From assembly GCA_023213395.1 (NCBI GenBank), contig CM041465.1, positions 237,901,741 to 237,965,740 on the forward strand: DNA of 64,000 bases, in the 5' to 3' direction. This document shows positions 1 through 13,841 of the stretch, piece after piece (positions within the stretch are counted from its first letter, which is position 1; the number at the start of each line of letters is the position of its first letter). A program made the position numbers and the translations under genes. This stretch comes from Cycas panzhihuaensis (lineage: Eukaryota > Plantae > Cycadophyta). The notes beneath the pieces were generated by a model. It was not told the DNA's origin, did not search any database, and worked only from the letters and a program-made list of their open reading frames with translations.

Positions 1-3000
1 AATCACCCATGATAGGGGAATCACCCATGATGGCTATGTAATTGTAACTACCTATACTAATAGGGGTAAACCTGACTAGGTTTGGCTCATGGCAAGGCAT
101 AGGTTCTCACTAATGAATGTCGATCTCTTGAAACAAAGGCCCCATGGAAGGGATAGCCTCCTTAGGATCACTATCTTCATCATCGAAGATAGCCTAGCAG
201 GAGGGATGAGAAGTGTGAGATGGCATAGGCTCACAGGCGATAACCTTAACTCATCCTTCATGGACAAATTTAAGTTGCCCCCAATGTAAGGAGCAGATTG
301 CTCCCATTTGGTCAAGCCATAGTTGGCCCAACAAAAGGTTGTACTCCACATTGATATTGAGTACAACAACTTTGATAGAAATGGTCTTCCCTGCTAAGGT
401 GAGGGAAAGGGAGACTATCCCTAAGGGAGACTTCTCAGTCCCATCATACCCTTGGTATTTCTAAGGGACAGACTCAAGAGCTACTATGCCTAGCTCCTTG
501 AGCATGTACATAAGCATAACATTGACTGAGAAGCCATTGTCTACGATGGTCCTCTTTATGATAAAATCAGGGGTGTCAACGGAAATAACAAATGGGTAAT
601 GTAAAAGCTTCTCTTGTTCATTGGGAGATGGCAGATCTTGAGGATCGAATGAGATGATAGGTGGTCCATGGGAGATGGCACCTACTACATGGATAGAAGC
701 ATCTTATTGGCTAAGAGCTTCAAGAAGAAGAGCACGTTACTCAGGATAGCTTCTTAAGACATCCATCAAGGATATCCCCGTGGTAACGGTGTGAAGCTCA
801 TTAATGATAGAGAAGGGCTTCCCCTTCGTGGTAGGTTGGGGAAGCACCCTTTGAAAATCATAACAATTAGGGTACATGGGAATGATCTTGGGAAGTATGG
901 GAATTTCTGAAGGAGGGACCTCTAGAAGAGGATCTGGGTGAGGTGTGGAAGAAGAGGCATCGACGCCTCTTTAGCTGCTTGAGATCAAGTTAGGGTGTGT
1001 AATGGAGTAGTCTCAAGCATCTGAATGACCTTATTTCCCTTGTTTCAGGATCGCAAAGGTGATGGGGTACGTCAATCAGGGGAACCTAAGGAGGAGGATG
1101 AATTCCTTGCACCCTTCCCTTTAGCTTATGAAGGGCAAGGGTTTGGGGATCTTCCTCAGTTTTGGTTGTTCTTTTGTTGGGGGTTATGATCATGTTCCCC
1201 ATATTTGGGGAATAGATCTCTATGGATGGGCTGGTCTAGGTTAGGCCTAGATACCCGTTTAGGGGAAGAGTCATGTTGCAGGGCAGCCCTAAGATGCTAG
1301 GCCCGACACTGCGAATCGTAGTGGAAACACTCCCCATGGATGGAGCACCACTTCTTCTCAAGGGAGGACTTGGGTTTCCTCGCTTGAGAGGACTGGGTGT
1401 TCCCACCCTTAGAAGGAGTAGCTTGGGAAGCCTGGTGGACCAGCTTGTTAGATGTGGGGGATGAAGGAGTTTAGAGCTTGAGCTCCTTCATAGTACATTC
1501 AAATGAATGTATAGCTAAAGTGAGAGGATCTAGGGTCTTCTCGATAGAATGAGAAGAAGACCTAGTGGGTTACTGAGTTTTAGTTTCTCGTGGTGGTGGA
1601 GGTGCCTCACATCATTGTGAGGACTTTAAAGGCTTCTTGAGTTTAGCCTGGATCTCAATGGCCTCAAGTGCCAACCACTTCGCTATGGCAGAGTCACATG
1701 TAGTTGCCCCCATCTTGAGGACTTCTACGTGGACTTTTGGATGAAGGGCATTTACAAAAAGGTCCCTCTTCAATTCCTCAGGTAAAGTCGCCTTGGTGGA
1801 ATGAAAAAGGTTATGGAAACATCTCACAAAGTCACGATTCATTTCATTGTGACCTTATTTAAGAGATAAAAGGGATTTCATCCCACTCTCAAATGGACGA
1901 GCTACATCAAAGTAGTTGACGAATTCATCCATGAGCCGTTGGAATGAAAAAATATAATGCACGGGTAGGCGATAAAACCACTTGAGGGCATCACCTTGAA
2001 GGGATCGTAGAAATAGTTTTATGAGAATGTGGTCATAGGCCCAATAGTCGATGCATGCCATAAAGAAACTACGGGCATGCTCCGTTGGGTCCTACGATGA
2101 AGTCCCATCAAATTTGGTGACTTATGAGGTGATAAGTTGGTTCTTAATGCCTTGATAGATAAGGGGGTTAACCGATAATCCATAAAGGGACGCGCCCTTG
2201 ACTGGACCATAGGGTCAATGAAAGATAGAAATGATGGCTGGCAGGTTTACCCAAATCCTCCTTAGAGGGTTTGGTTCAAAAAGGGATATTATCCTCCCAC
2301 CACTTGGTGAGAAGGCACAAATCCCACATTCGAAGAAACCTACATAGGAGCAGATGGGTGTGATGGACCCATCCCTCCTAGAGGGAATGCTCCTTGTTGG
2401 AAAGGAGCTTGAGGGAAAAGGCCTTGGGAAGGAGTTAGCCCTCCTTGCAAAGACACGATGTGTGGTGCTATATAGGATGATAGAATGGAGAGGTGAGGGA
2501 CCAGATTTTACCCATATGGGTTACTGTGGGTGGCACAACCCTATAAGGATATAAAGGATCCACCCTATAAGCAAGTGAGGAGTTCCCCTTACTGTGCCCC
2601 CATGGTTGAGTAGTATAACTAGGAGGTACATAGAGAGAAGGGTCCCTAAGTTGGTATTGGGAGTGTGTGGAGATAGACCCCGCGTGACTAGAAGTAGGGG
2701 GACACATGGATCCCCTAGGTCTAGTAGGCAGTGGATAAATGATAGTGGGAGGAGGACTAGTCGTTTGACTAGACGGGGTATGCTCAACCCAAGTTGAGAA
2801 GAAGATATGCTCTGAGTGGCCCCCAAGGATCATACACCATGGGGCGCAGAAGATGAGATGAGAAGTAAGCTCATCATGGTTAAGGAAGCTGAATGAGATA
2901 AGCGAGGTGAGGAAGACATCGAAGAAGAAAGCACAATGCTTCGCAAGACGTTCTCAAACCACTTGGGGTGTTGTTGGAGATGGGCAGCTTGGAAACATTG

Positions 3001-3420
3001 GCTTAAGGCTTCTACTATATCAACGGGAGGGGTATCCGCCTTATCGTAAGAGGTAGAAGGAGTCTCATATGAAATGGACCCTGTAGGATGATCCTCATAA
3101 GAATCACCATGGTGGTGGTGAAACTCCAAAGGAGATGAAGTCTCTACTTTGTGAGTAGAGGAATGATGAGATTGGGGGTGTTGTTGGTCACCCCGATAAT
3201 AGATGGGATCTTCGCTTCCTTGGGCAGACCCTTGGAAGGAATTAGGTGGCTCAAGGGAATCAGACTCATAAGCATGATATGCCCAATCTGAAAGAGATCC
3301 CTCCATAATCAAATTAGGATCTGATGTAGGAAGGGAATGATATGAGGGTTCTTCCAACAATGGAGGTATACCTCATAAGCGACGTGAGAATCATTACATG
3401 CAAGTCCTACCTCTATGCTA
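1..3420 (-). pseudogene. gag-pol: degenerate gag-pol (gag capsid, CHHC zinc knuckle, aspartic protease)
   Basis: ORF fragments 1612-2210 are retrotransposon gag-like. WCSIHGECFHYDSQC (CX2HX4HX4C) at ~1300-1345. IKRTIVDNGFSVNVM protease motif at ~515-560. Many stops and frameshifts; start approximate. Confidence 0.85.
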
Positions 3421-3540
3421 GAAGAAAGAAGAAATAAGGTAGTGCACACATTGGGGCTGCCCAACAAGACTAAAAGGGAAAGCTACCAAGAGGTAGTAAC
3501 ATCAACAAGAAAGGGAGAAAGACTAATTCCCTTACTGGCG

Positions 3541-3560
3541 AGTCCCCAATATGGTTGCCA
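3541..3560 (-). promoter_or_regulatory. primer-binding site, tRNA-Arg type
   Basis: Minus strand reads TGGCAACCATATTGGGGACT, 1 nt after the LTR-terminal CA. It resembles the TGGCGAC...TGGGGA PBS of Tat/Ogre elements. Confidence 0.75.
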
Positions 3561-3561
3561 G

Positions 3562-6500
3562 TGGAATCATGTCTATGGGACATTAACTACACCTAATTAG
3601 GATTAAGTTGGTCAATGGAAGGCTCCAGAGTAAAAGGGTCAATCCAACAAGTGAAGGGAAATACCCACATAGGGTGTCCGTGTGTCGAAACATAAGTTCA
3701 GGACCCACAAATAGTGCACAAGTTCCCTCTAGGTAACTTAGTTTGGTTTTGGGGTAGTGCAAGCAAAGGATATCCTTGATTTCCTGAGTAACCTTATAAT
3801 GTAGGTCTTCCCACCCTTGGATGATTGGAAGGGAAGGGAAAGACCCAACGAGAAGATGGATCCTTGCGAATGATGAAGGAATATGGATAGGATGTATGTA
3901 GGTAAGTGGTGCGGGAGGTACACACTCATAAGGGTGGTGTTGGTTAACCATATCATGCGCAGGACCAACCCAAGGCGGAAAGGTATTGGGATTTTTAAGT
4001 TGGTATGAGTGTGATGGGGTTAGAGGAGGAGGTCTTAGAGGATGAATCCTCCTTGAACTAACCCGCCTAAAGTGAGTTTAGAGGAGAAAAGAACGATGGC
4101 AGGAGTAGTTCCCACCATCCTATGTGTGAAGGAGTCTAACTTCTATGTGCAACAATGAAATGGTGTATAATCTATTACGTATGTAAACAAGAGATAAATG
4201 AAGTACATGTATATATAAGACAACAAATCTACTTTCTCTCATTTCCTCTCTAATATAAACCCTCACTCTCTTTTCACTTTAAACAAAGGGAAAGGGAAAG
4301 AGAGAGGCAAATCAATCTAACACACAAAATGTGTAGCAGTGATGCAAACCCTGGGAGGTCGTATATAATCAAATAGAAAGAGGAAAAGGGATGTCTTCTA
4401 TCTTGTGCTCTTTTTTAAAATGCAAGCTAGTGTGCACATGTAAAAGAATGGTACAAGTCGATTCCCTTTTATCTTTTCCTTTTATGTTCTTATCATGCAA
4501 ACATACAAACTTAAAAGATAAGAAGAGAAAAGATCTATAAAAGGGAGGCGGCATACCTGGAAAATGGTGTGGCTAAAGCGAAGTCACCATCTTGCACCAC
4601 ACCCACTTCTTCTTTTCCTTCTCCCAAGATAAGGGCAGTGTAGGGCCTTTCTTACCTTCCTTAAAGCAAAAGAAAGAAAGCAAGAAAGGCAAATAAAAAG
4701 GAACTATGCTAAAAGCTAAAATAACCAAGGAAAAGGAAAGCAAAGAAACATACCTAGATTATAGTGGTTCGTCCTTCTCCATGAATGATGTGGTAAACCT
4801 GCAATCACAAAGGTTTTCTACCCTTGTCTAAGGGCTACTAGAGTGCTAATTAAATATATATATATATATATGTAGCTGTAAAATGCTAAGAATGTTGTAA
4901 GTTAAATCACTTCAAGTCAAGCAAACTTCCAACTAAAGAATAACTCCAAATCTCCTCAAAGACAATAATACAAGACAAGGGATGCAGACAGTTAGCCTCA
5001 GAATGGCTAACCCTCTAACAAGTGCATCTCCAAACTACCTCTAGGAATAGGAAACAATAGGTTGGGATAGCCTGATGGTAACAAATAATAAGAGAGACAA
5101 ACATCATGAGGTTTGCAAATATCATTTATGTTGCAAGCATTTCTATATGCAACAATTTGTAACCTTGATCAAGCCAAGACCCAAGGTGGATATGAGACAC
5201 TACTCGAGGCTAGAAAATCTACCCAAGTGAGGCACTCAGTCCTAGAAATAATGCAGCAAGGGGCTGTATACGCTGATATCCAATACTGCCCTACTTTTGG
5301 AAGCTCCTTGGTAGCTCAAGAAAGGCATGAGTGGAGGAGAGGAAAGAGGATAAGGGAGTTGCCCTTGAGGAGAAGGCCTAGTTGGGTATGAAACTTGCCT
5401 TGGCTCCTTTCTCTCACTCTTTGAGGACCTCTCCTTGTAGCCTCCTTGGAGAAACTATAAGAGGGTAGGAAGATGATATAGACAGAAAGAAAGGAACAGA
5501 GGGATTGCCTCCTATATGTACTGGAAAGCTAGAAAAAGAAAGATATTCCAAATGATCTAATCTCTTTTAAAAATGTTTAAAAGGAACAAAATGGAGCAAA
5601 CATGATATGATACCTACTGGACTGGATTAGAGATAGGTCTGCCTAAGAAATTAGTAGAAAATGACAGATCTATGGTGCTTATAGGTAGATTCTTGGAAGA
5701 GCAATGAAACCTGGAGACAAACTTGTTGAAACTCATTGATAGGGTGTGGAGGTGACACTTGGAGTGTATCCTTACTAGGAGAAGGTTGATGGCAAGCCTG
5801 CTACTGCAGATCTAAGTTGGAGAGGGTACATCTCAGGATGGAGCATAGGGAACTCAGGTGTTGCAAGGCATTCCTACAGAAAACTACCTATGAAAGAAGG
5901 AGAAGAGAGGAGAGTAGGTGGAAGAAGAGATGGAAAATGAAGCTCTTTTGGGCTTTATACCTAACCTTAGCTTGAATGGATGATTAGGGTTAGGCTAGGA
6001 CTTGAGGGGTGTCTAAGCCATATGATAATTTCAAGAAAAAAATAAAAATTACCATGACAAATTAAAAAAAATATCTTACGATAGTCACCTCGTGGTAAAC
6101 TTCATGGTATCATGAAGTTTACTGTGGTACGATGACATTTGTTGCAGTGTGGTGACAGAGGTAAAATTGACATAAAAATAGATGCCTAGGAGCCCTAAGG
6201 GAGGATACCCCAAGCCTAGGAGGGGTTGGCCCTCTATCCATATGGCTGGGGACAGTTATATGAAGAGGATGACCTAAACTGGATGGGGTACCAAAGTGGT
6301 AAGGTTCCCAGGAAACCAGTAACTAGAATAGGGATGTACCAATCACACTTAGCGGGGTGCTAAGGGTTGCGATGTCACAACGGGGTGTGAACAGATCACA
6401 CAGGTTGAGTGATGCTTAAGATAACATGGAGGTGCATAGGAGGGTTATGGAGTTCCATGGGGATGCATGTCTCATAGATCATCATAGGTTAAAAGAGTAT

Positions 6501-6677
6501 CAAGCATTATGATCAAGCAATAGATGCAAAATAATCACTCAAATGTATCAATCAGCCATGCAATAAAAGGATGCTTCAATTTACCTTTCTATAGAAGTAA
6601 CAAGGCAAAATCTAGAAGCACACATGTACTCACCTGAGTCAACTTGCCAAGAACCCATTCCCAGTAGCTGGGAAACA
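3562..6677 (-). repeat. 5' LTR of element A (3116 bp)
   Basis: Minus strand starts TGTTTCCCAGCTACTGGGAATGG and ends CATAGACATGATTCCA. Both termini are homologous to the LTRs at 11629-14912 and 58975-61683. Confidence 0.85.
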
Positions 6678-7499
6678 AAAAGTTTTTAAAGAAGTTTTAC
6701 ATGTGATCCTCTCCACTCCTAAGCAGAATGGTCACACACCTCTCTCACTCTAAACTAAGCCTAAACTACCACACTAAACTTGTCATTACTCTTTCTAGTC
6801 AAGGGTTTAATGATCATTTAGAGTGGCCTTCCATCCTATGGATTTTATTATCGATTTTATATATTTTCATCTCCTTTCTGAGGGAGACCCTTCCTTTTCC
6901 GAGTTGGGTAAGCAAACCTCCTTTGCTTTTGAGCATGGAGTTGCTTCCCAACCTAGGTCCTTCTATTTGGGTACTCGTACCCCTCATTGGTGCTTCCTTT
7001 ACATACCCATCATACTCCGTTTGAGGAACATATGTGGCACTCCTCTCTAGCCTCATAAGTAACCATCATCTGTATATGTAATGTGTGTGTGCATTTAGTA
7101 TGATTATAGCATCACATGAAAGGAAGCACGTGAGTACCACCTACATATAAAACAATAAAAAACATAACATATTAATCAAATCAAACATATCTAAGTGCAT
7201 AGTCCCTTATGTATCTGTGCATCCACATCCATATATGCTCATGTCCATCCATCTTTATATATCATATAGATAAGTACACTACACAACAAAGAAAGTAATA
7301 ACATCATAGGCATATAATAGCATCATCATGCATCAAAATGGGGTACCAATGGGCCCTCTATTTATATATATATATAATCATATGGTACATCCTCTAAGCA
7401 ATATGCCTCAAGAAGCCAGAATCCTTATAAGGAGGAGTACAATCATACATCTACATGTGGTGAAACCTCCTTAGAGGATCAAAGCTTTCCTATCAAAAT

Positions 7500-9980
7500 A
7501 TATAATATACAAAATCCCTAGATGATATGTCCTTAGGGAGTGTCATCCCCTCATCTGCTAGATCCCTCATTACGGGACCACATCCCTCCTAGGCTCCTTT
7601 GGCACTGCTACAAGGTCCCCACCTCACTCTTCTCATCCTTGGGCCTCCTCTGGGTCACCATGGTCATGTGCATCCTATTGTGTGACAACCTGGTTGCTAT
7701 TTGGTTGACCAACTAGTCATACTGGTCCTGGAGGTAATCCCTATCAGTTGTGAGGTGGTCACACTTCCTCTCTACCCCATGGAGTCTCTCCTCCAGCACA
7801 ACAAATTGGACCTGACTCCTAGTGTTGCTTCCTTCTCCTCCTAGCTAGGCCTCCAACACTCATATCTGGCCTTGTAGAGTGTCCCTCTCCACCATCAACC
7901 GGTCTCTCTCTACCTGTATACCATCCTAGGCATCCTATAGTTAGCTAACCCTCATGTAGAGCTCCTAGGGCTCTACTGCCCATATGTCCCTAGCCTAAAT
8001 CAAAGGGGTGAATGCAACTATGTGTGGCCCCATTGATCGAGGCTCCTCACTCTCTAAAATGGGAGTCCCTCCTTATAGACTTGTGGGAATAACTCATGGA
8101 CTACTGCCTCTAACAACCTCACCGTCTCAACATCTCTTGCTAAACCATGTATGTCATATGTTAGTCTAAGGGTATATAGAAGCATCAAAATATAAGCATG
8201 ATCATCTAGAAAAGTAGTGAATGATCAAATAAAAGCTGGAGTCAAGGGAGAGTCTCACCTCCTGGGATGACTAGTTCCTCTTCTCGGATGAACTCCTCCC
8301 CCATGACAGCTCCCTCTACTATCACCTCTACCTCCTCAACCCTTGGCACTACCTCCTCGCCTACCCCATAGGCTGTTGGGGCGTCTCTCCATCTACTCCC
8401 TCCTTTCTAGGGATCTCTTAGTGTTATGTAGCTATCGTTACCTCTGTCACTGCTACCATAGCCATAACTACTACCAAAAATCTACTTGCAGCTCCCTCTC
8501 CCCCTGCCAGTCCTGGTGGTCCTCCCTCTCCTCTTGCTAGCTCAGATGGCCCTACTTTGTCTTTTCCATCACCACTATACTTATCACTTCCCTCATCAGG
8601 CTCATCCCCTAGCTCTCCTTCCTCGTTATCACTCTCTTAGTAGATTGCTTAATATAGGTCTACTATATAGTCTATAAGGGTAAGGAGATCCAACGATGTG
8701 GTTACCATGAAATACCTCACATATACCTAGTATTTAGTACCCTTGAATCTGGTTTTCCATTAGTGAACTATTGGAGCCTTAGCCAATATGGGATGAGGTC
8801 CTCTTGGTGGTACCACTGCCTTGAAGTGATAAAAAAACTAGCACTGGAGCAACATGTAATATGAAAAGCTTCCTCTCCTAGCTACTCTGATCTGGTCAAG
8901 CTATGCTACTATGTTAGCTACTATTAAAGTAGCCCAGTCAAACCTCTCCCTAGCCTCACACTGCCTGATCATCACCATCTAGCCTTTGGGAATGTCCTTA
9001 TAATTTTATTTCTGGGATATCTAGAACAGAATAACTAATGTGATGAGCTTCCTCACTTGAGGAACTCTAGAAAGTACCATAGCCTGAATCAATACTCCTC
9101 ATTGATCCCATTAGCTCCTCCCTATAAACAACTTGGTTGCTTCCTTATGAGTAGCATCAGTTCTAGGTAGAGTGCCCAGTAAAGCTAGTGCACCTCTAGC
9201 TGGCACCCCCAAAATCCTTCAAATATCCCTAGGTGTGATAATAATGTCCTCCACCTATAAGAGATCAAACATGTGCCTCCTCCTATCCTAATAGGACACA
9301 ATGTCAACCAGTACTCACTGATCTGATGTATACTGTGGGGTCTTGATCACCTTTAGTAGCCCATAATACTGCAGAGTGGTCCTCTCCTATCTGGTCATCG
9401 TTTCTATAAATCTCATCATTACCATCCCTATGTTCTCATGGTTGTCAACCATAAGAATAGACTATAAACCCTGAAACATCAGTTAAAAACCCATTTGCAC
9501 CTCACTGCTCTGTATCATCCCTCCCTTTAGATGGTTGGAGCTCCCTTAAATAAGGCAACCATCTAATCTATCCATTTTTATTCTTTTTTTCCTTAGGTAG
9601 ACTCTGCCCCATATCAATATTTATAGTACCATAGATATTCATGTGGGTCCTATTGAGAAATTTTGTGCTCTTGGCGAGCCCTGTCATAAACTTTGTGACA
9701 CCATGACAAATGTCATGGGGCTACGAGTAGCCCCCTCTAAAAAGTGAGGGTGGCCCTAAAAATCTAAATTTTTTGTCTAAAGTAGACCTAGCTTAGTCCA
9801 CTGGGACTAGGGCTACCTAATGCCCTAGTGCCCCACCTCCTTAGGCCTTTGATGAGCTCCATGGGATTCCCATGGCCCTTATGGGTCCTAAAACTCGTAA
9901 AAAAGGATATTAACTAGAAACAACAAAATGGAAAGGTTAAGGTATGATCCACTCATTAGATCTAATCTGATTACATCCAT
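7500..9980 (-). pseudogene. spliced Plant Mobile Domain (PMD) gene with acidic tract and coiled-coil tail, element B
   Basis: Exon 1 at 9957-9980 (MDVIRLDL). Exon 2 starts at 9461: SILMVDNHENIG...LVDIVSY*DRRRHMFDLL*VEDIIITPRDI*RILGVP, matching the PMD W..E.H.FHLP.GE.TITL.DV..ILG.P pattern. Probable second intron at ~8150-8257. Many stops; 3' end approximate. Confidence 0.8.
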
Positions 9981-10709
9981 CTCATTATCCTGGTCCTAAC
10001 AGATGTCTCCTCACTCTAATCCAATGATTGAATCTCCTGGTATGTGCTCTCGTAGGGTGGTAAAGCCTTATTGCTCAGAAGGGAGGGTTCTAAATCTCTC
10101 AAGGGGCCCACAAAAATGAAACCTATTTTTGCCCTTTTGCCCTTTTTTATTCACAGAGCCTCCCTGAGCATCATATATGTTTCCTTCAATGTGATAACCC
10201 TTAGGATCAGTTTTTTGTCCTTATCCTCTTTGTCTTCAGGGTCTGACCCCTATTCTACTCCTATAACTCCCTTTTAACCTTTTTTTGGCATATTTATAAT
10301 TGACCCCTCCAACTCCGTGGAGGCCCTTCCATCTTATTTTTCATGTTGCTCTGAAACATGCCTATGTTTATACTCCTTTGGCTTATTTCAACATCCTGGA
10401 TCTATTTTTACCATCTGTTTGAGCCTTTGAGGCTCCCAAGGAAAGATCCTCCTCCCTTCTAGGGCTTTGTTGGCCCCTCTATGACCCCTAGGGTTGTTGA
10501 AAGAGCACATTTACTAGTTCTTTTATGCCTTTCTATTGGGAAAACCTTCCTCAAGCCTAGTAGCCTACATCCATGGTTATCCTATCCCCTCATGACTAAT
10601 ATATCTAGTCCTTCTAAGCTATTATAGCCCTATTGCTACCTTTCTCTCTACCTCAACACTACTATTGCCACTCCTTTTATGATCTAATCTAAACTCCTTT
10701 ATTCTCACC

Positions 10710-11132
10710 ATGGTATTGCTCATTTTCACTGATGGTGGTAGTCATGGCAATCCTAGACCTTCTACAGCTGCATGGATCCTTCGTAATCCCTCCAAAAATG
10801 ACTACATATACTCTGGAGTCTATCTAGCTGAGGTTACAAATAACGAGGCTAAATAGACAACTATTATTAAAGCCCTTACTGATGCACTCTGCTTTTACCA
10901 TGCCCCCATCATCCTCTATTATGACTCCCAGATCATCGTATCAAAACTAACCCAGGTTTACTAGGTGCGTTGCTCATGATTGAGATCCCTTGCTTCGAAT
11001 GCCAGGTCCTTATTATCTCTCTTTTCCTCTATAGATGTTCAACGCATTCCCTATGATCTGAATGCTGAGGTGGATAGCCTCATTTGTTGCATCCTTGACT
11101 GCCATATTCCCCTCATAAATGACCCTTCATAG
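10710..11132 (+). pseudogene. free-standing archaeal-type RNase H (aRH), element B
   Basis: MVLLIFTDGGSHGNPRPSTAAWIL...TNNEAK*...DSQ...LNAEVDSL. 141 codons from ATG to TAG with internal stops; collinear with ORF 62093-62584. Confidence 0.85.
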
Positions 11133-13441
11133 GTAACCTAATAGGTTGGCTTATCATCCAGACATTTGGATTATCCTTCTTTTTCATTGTGATTATCCTC
11201 ACACCTCCTAAAGTAGGCCACTAATGAGGTAAAACTATGGTGACCACAGCTTTGATCCTTCACTCTACCTTTGTACCTCTTGTGTCATGATGCTTCTATA
11301 CATTGAATTTCTATATGCATAGATTTTTTGTTCACATCTACTTATTGATTGTGTCCACCACCCTACATAGCACTCACATTGCATCTGTGGGTAATGGGGG
11401 CACCCCCCTTATTCTCCCATTCTTTTATGTTACATTCTTGGGTAATGTATGGGTAGCCCCTACACTGTCCTATTTCCTTCCTTGTTCATGTGATCTATTG
11501 TGACATTCCCCACTCCTCTTAGACAATGACATACTTGCATTGATAGACGATACCCACTCTTTTATATTAATAGCATTTGCCATTATCATATGCTCCTAAG
11601 TGACAAGGCTCTGCTACCAAGGAGACAATGTTTCCTAGTTATTGGGAATGGACATGGACAACACTTTTTAGGTAAGCATAGGTATACGTATGTACCCTTT
11701 GCCCTATTCACTTTATGGTGTGGTGAGATGCTTTATGGTTTTATTGGTATGACATTATTACATGGGATGTTTTGATGCCTGATCGACTTGCCTACTTTGT
11801 GCCTGTGACTGTGATCTAGCCTATGACGACTTAGGACCATGGTCTTATGGCACTACATATCTCCAAAAAACACCTCCTAGCACTTTTGGGTACTTGCAGA
11901 CCCCCACAACTCACTTTGACTCACTTTTGGCCTTTTACATGGTCCCTAAGGTATCCTTTTTTCTTATTTACCCATTTGCATATTTTTGCGTCCTTATTGG
12001 GGACTCATTTTTCCATATTTTTGCATAGTTAGGAGGCCCCACTACTGCCTAGAGGCCCTTAGAGACCCTTAGAGACCCTTACTAGTCTAGTAAACCCTAT
12101 TCTTGCACCCTAAGACTAATCTTTTTGGGGATTTCTTAGGTATTTTTTAATTTTTTTCTTATGTTTCTCCTACACCATGATAATATTTGCACTACCACAT
12201 CAATAATTGTCATATTGTGAAGTTTTCCATATGACAATTATCCATAGACTATTGCGGCAAGATAATGGCCAGTTTTGTATTTATTATAAAACTGACATAT
12301 GGTAGAGTGCTCTTTCCTATCTAGACCAAACTTTAATCACTCTAAAACCCTAATTAGGACATAAAAACCCAGTTTTGAATTCATTTGGTCTCTCTCACGA
12401 ATAAAAAGTACCTTTCTTCTCATACTTTCACTCTTTCCTTATTTTCCAAGCTCAGCAAAGAAAAAACCCTAATTTATACATCTAAACTAGATCTTTCTCA
12501 ATAGGTTTCTCTTCCCTTGAGCTTGGCCAAGCAACAATATTAAGATCCCAAAGCTTCAAGGTCTTCCTTCTCCTCCAAAGGAGCCTTTCTTCACCCTAGA
12601 AGTAGGGTTCTCAGCTCTCCATGCTTGGTCTATGAGATAACACTTGGTTTGTCTAATTTTTATGGCCAAAAATAGGTCTTTTTCTACTGCTCTTCCTTTA
12701 GCAAGTTTATTCCATTAGCTTCATCTCTTATTATATGGTTTGGCACATATTTTTACTCCACTTTTGATAGCCAAAGGGAGGTAAAACCTTCTTTTCCTCA
12801 TTGGTTCTCACCCTTAAACCTTTGGATCCCCTTTAGCTAATAGTTGGATGGATTTAAGACACGTATAAGAAGGGAAATATGAGAAAATGGTTGGAGTTTA
12901 AGATCCTAACACCATATCCTCAAGGGCAACCCCCTACTTCTCAAGGTTTCCTACACTATATCCACTCTACAAGATAGGGTATCCCCTTAGGCGTGGGTCT
13001 TACTCTTAATTGTAGTATTTGTAGCACTTGCAATACTTGCATTTAGCTAATATATGTATGATTTATCAATAATCTTTATGATTTGTCCCTTCCTTCCATA
13101 ACATTTACATTTTTTGCATGTTTTACAAACTTTGCAACATTTGCAACTTTTACAACATTTAGAATTTCTTGCAAGTTGTTTTGATTTCAAGTTACTTGAA
13201 GCTCTTGATTTCTATCTAATCTATCTATGTAGTATTCAAGAATATAGTAGGTGACTCACTTATGAGAGCTATCTATTCTAAGGCTACCTCCTTATTCACC
13301 CTTAAATCCCTTTTTTTCCCATACATCTTTTATGAGACATTGTCATGTATAAGGGAAAAATCACATATTGTTTCATTTCTTTCTTTTAGGATACAAAGTA
13401 AACTTCATGTCCACTTTGATAAGGCAAATACACACACCATT

Positions 13442-13443
<2 letters not shown>

Positions 13444-13486
<43 letters not shown>
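13444..13486. repeat. (AT)n microsatellite
   Basis: Direct inspection. Confidence 0.97.
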
Positions 13487-13489
<3 letters not shown>

Positions 13490-13787
13490 GCACTTGTTAG
13501 TTGTTAAAAAGTTTCACTTAGACAAAAGGTAAGGCTTCTTCCAAGCAAGCAAGATTGCATCACCATAAAGAGGTACGTCTCTTCTTTTGGGTATTTATTT
13601 TTCTTTGGCTTCTCTTTTCAAGTTTCTTGTTGTGTAAACACTTTAGGTAAGGTAAAGGAACCCCTCTCATAGCTTCATCTATGACACCCATCATGACTTG
13701 GAGAGTGAAACTACAAACAAGGGAAAAGGTGAGGAGAATAGTGTGGCACCTCACTAACTAGTATACTTCTTGGTGCACCCCTTATAA

Positions 13788-13790
<3 letters not shown>

Positions 13791-13837
<47 letters not shown>
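13791..13837. repeat. (TC)n microsatellite
   Basis: Direct inspection. Confidence 0.97.

Positions 13838-13841
<4 letters not shown>

Larger units (their letters stand above)
1..6677 (-). mobile_element. Ty3/gypsy Tat-clade LTR retrotransposon A (5' LTR, PBS, gag-protease; continues off the left edge)
   Basis: Minus-strand gag (LFLRSLQGDALKWFYRLP), protease motif, Arg-type PBS and a 3.1-kb LTR. Its 5' end interrupts the pol C-terminus of element B at 6677/6678. Confidence 0.88.

Noticed and set aside
10838-10856. AACGAGGCTAAAT resembling the hairpin loop
   Set aside because: These are the NNEA(E) codons of RNase H with no flanking stem; likely coincidence.
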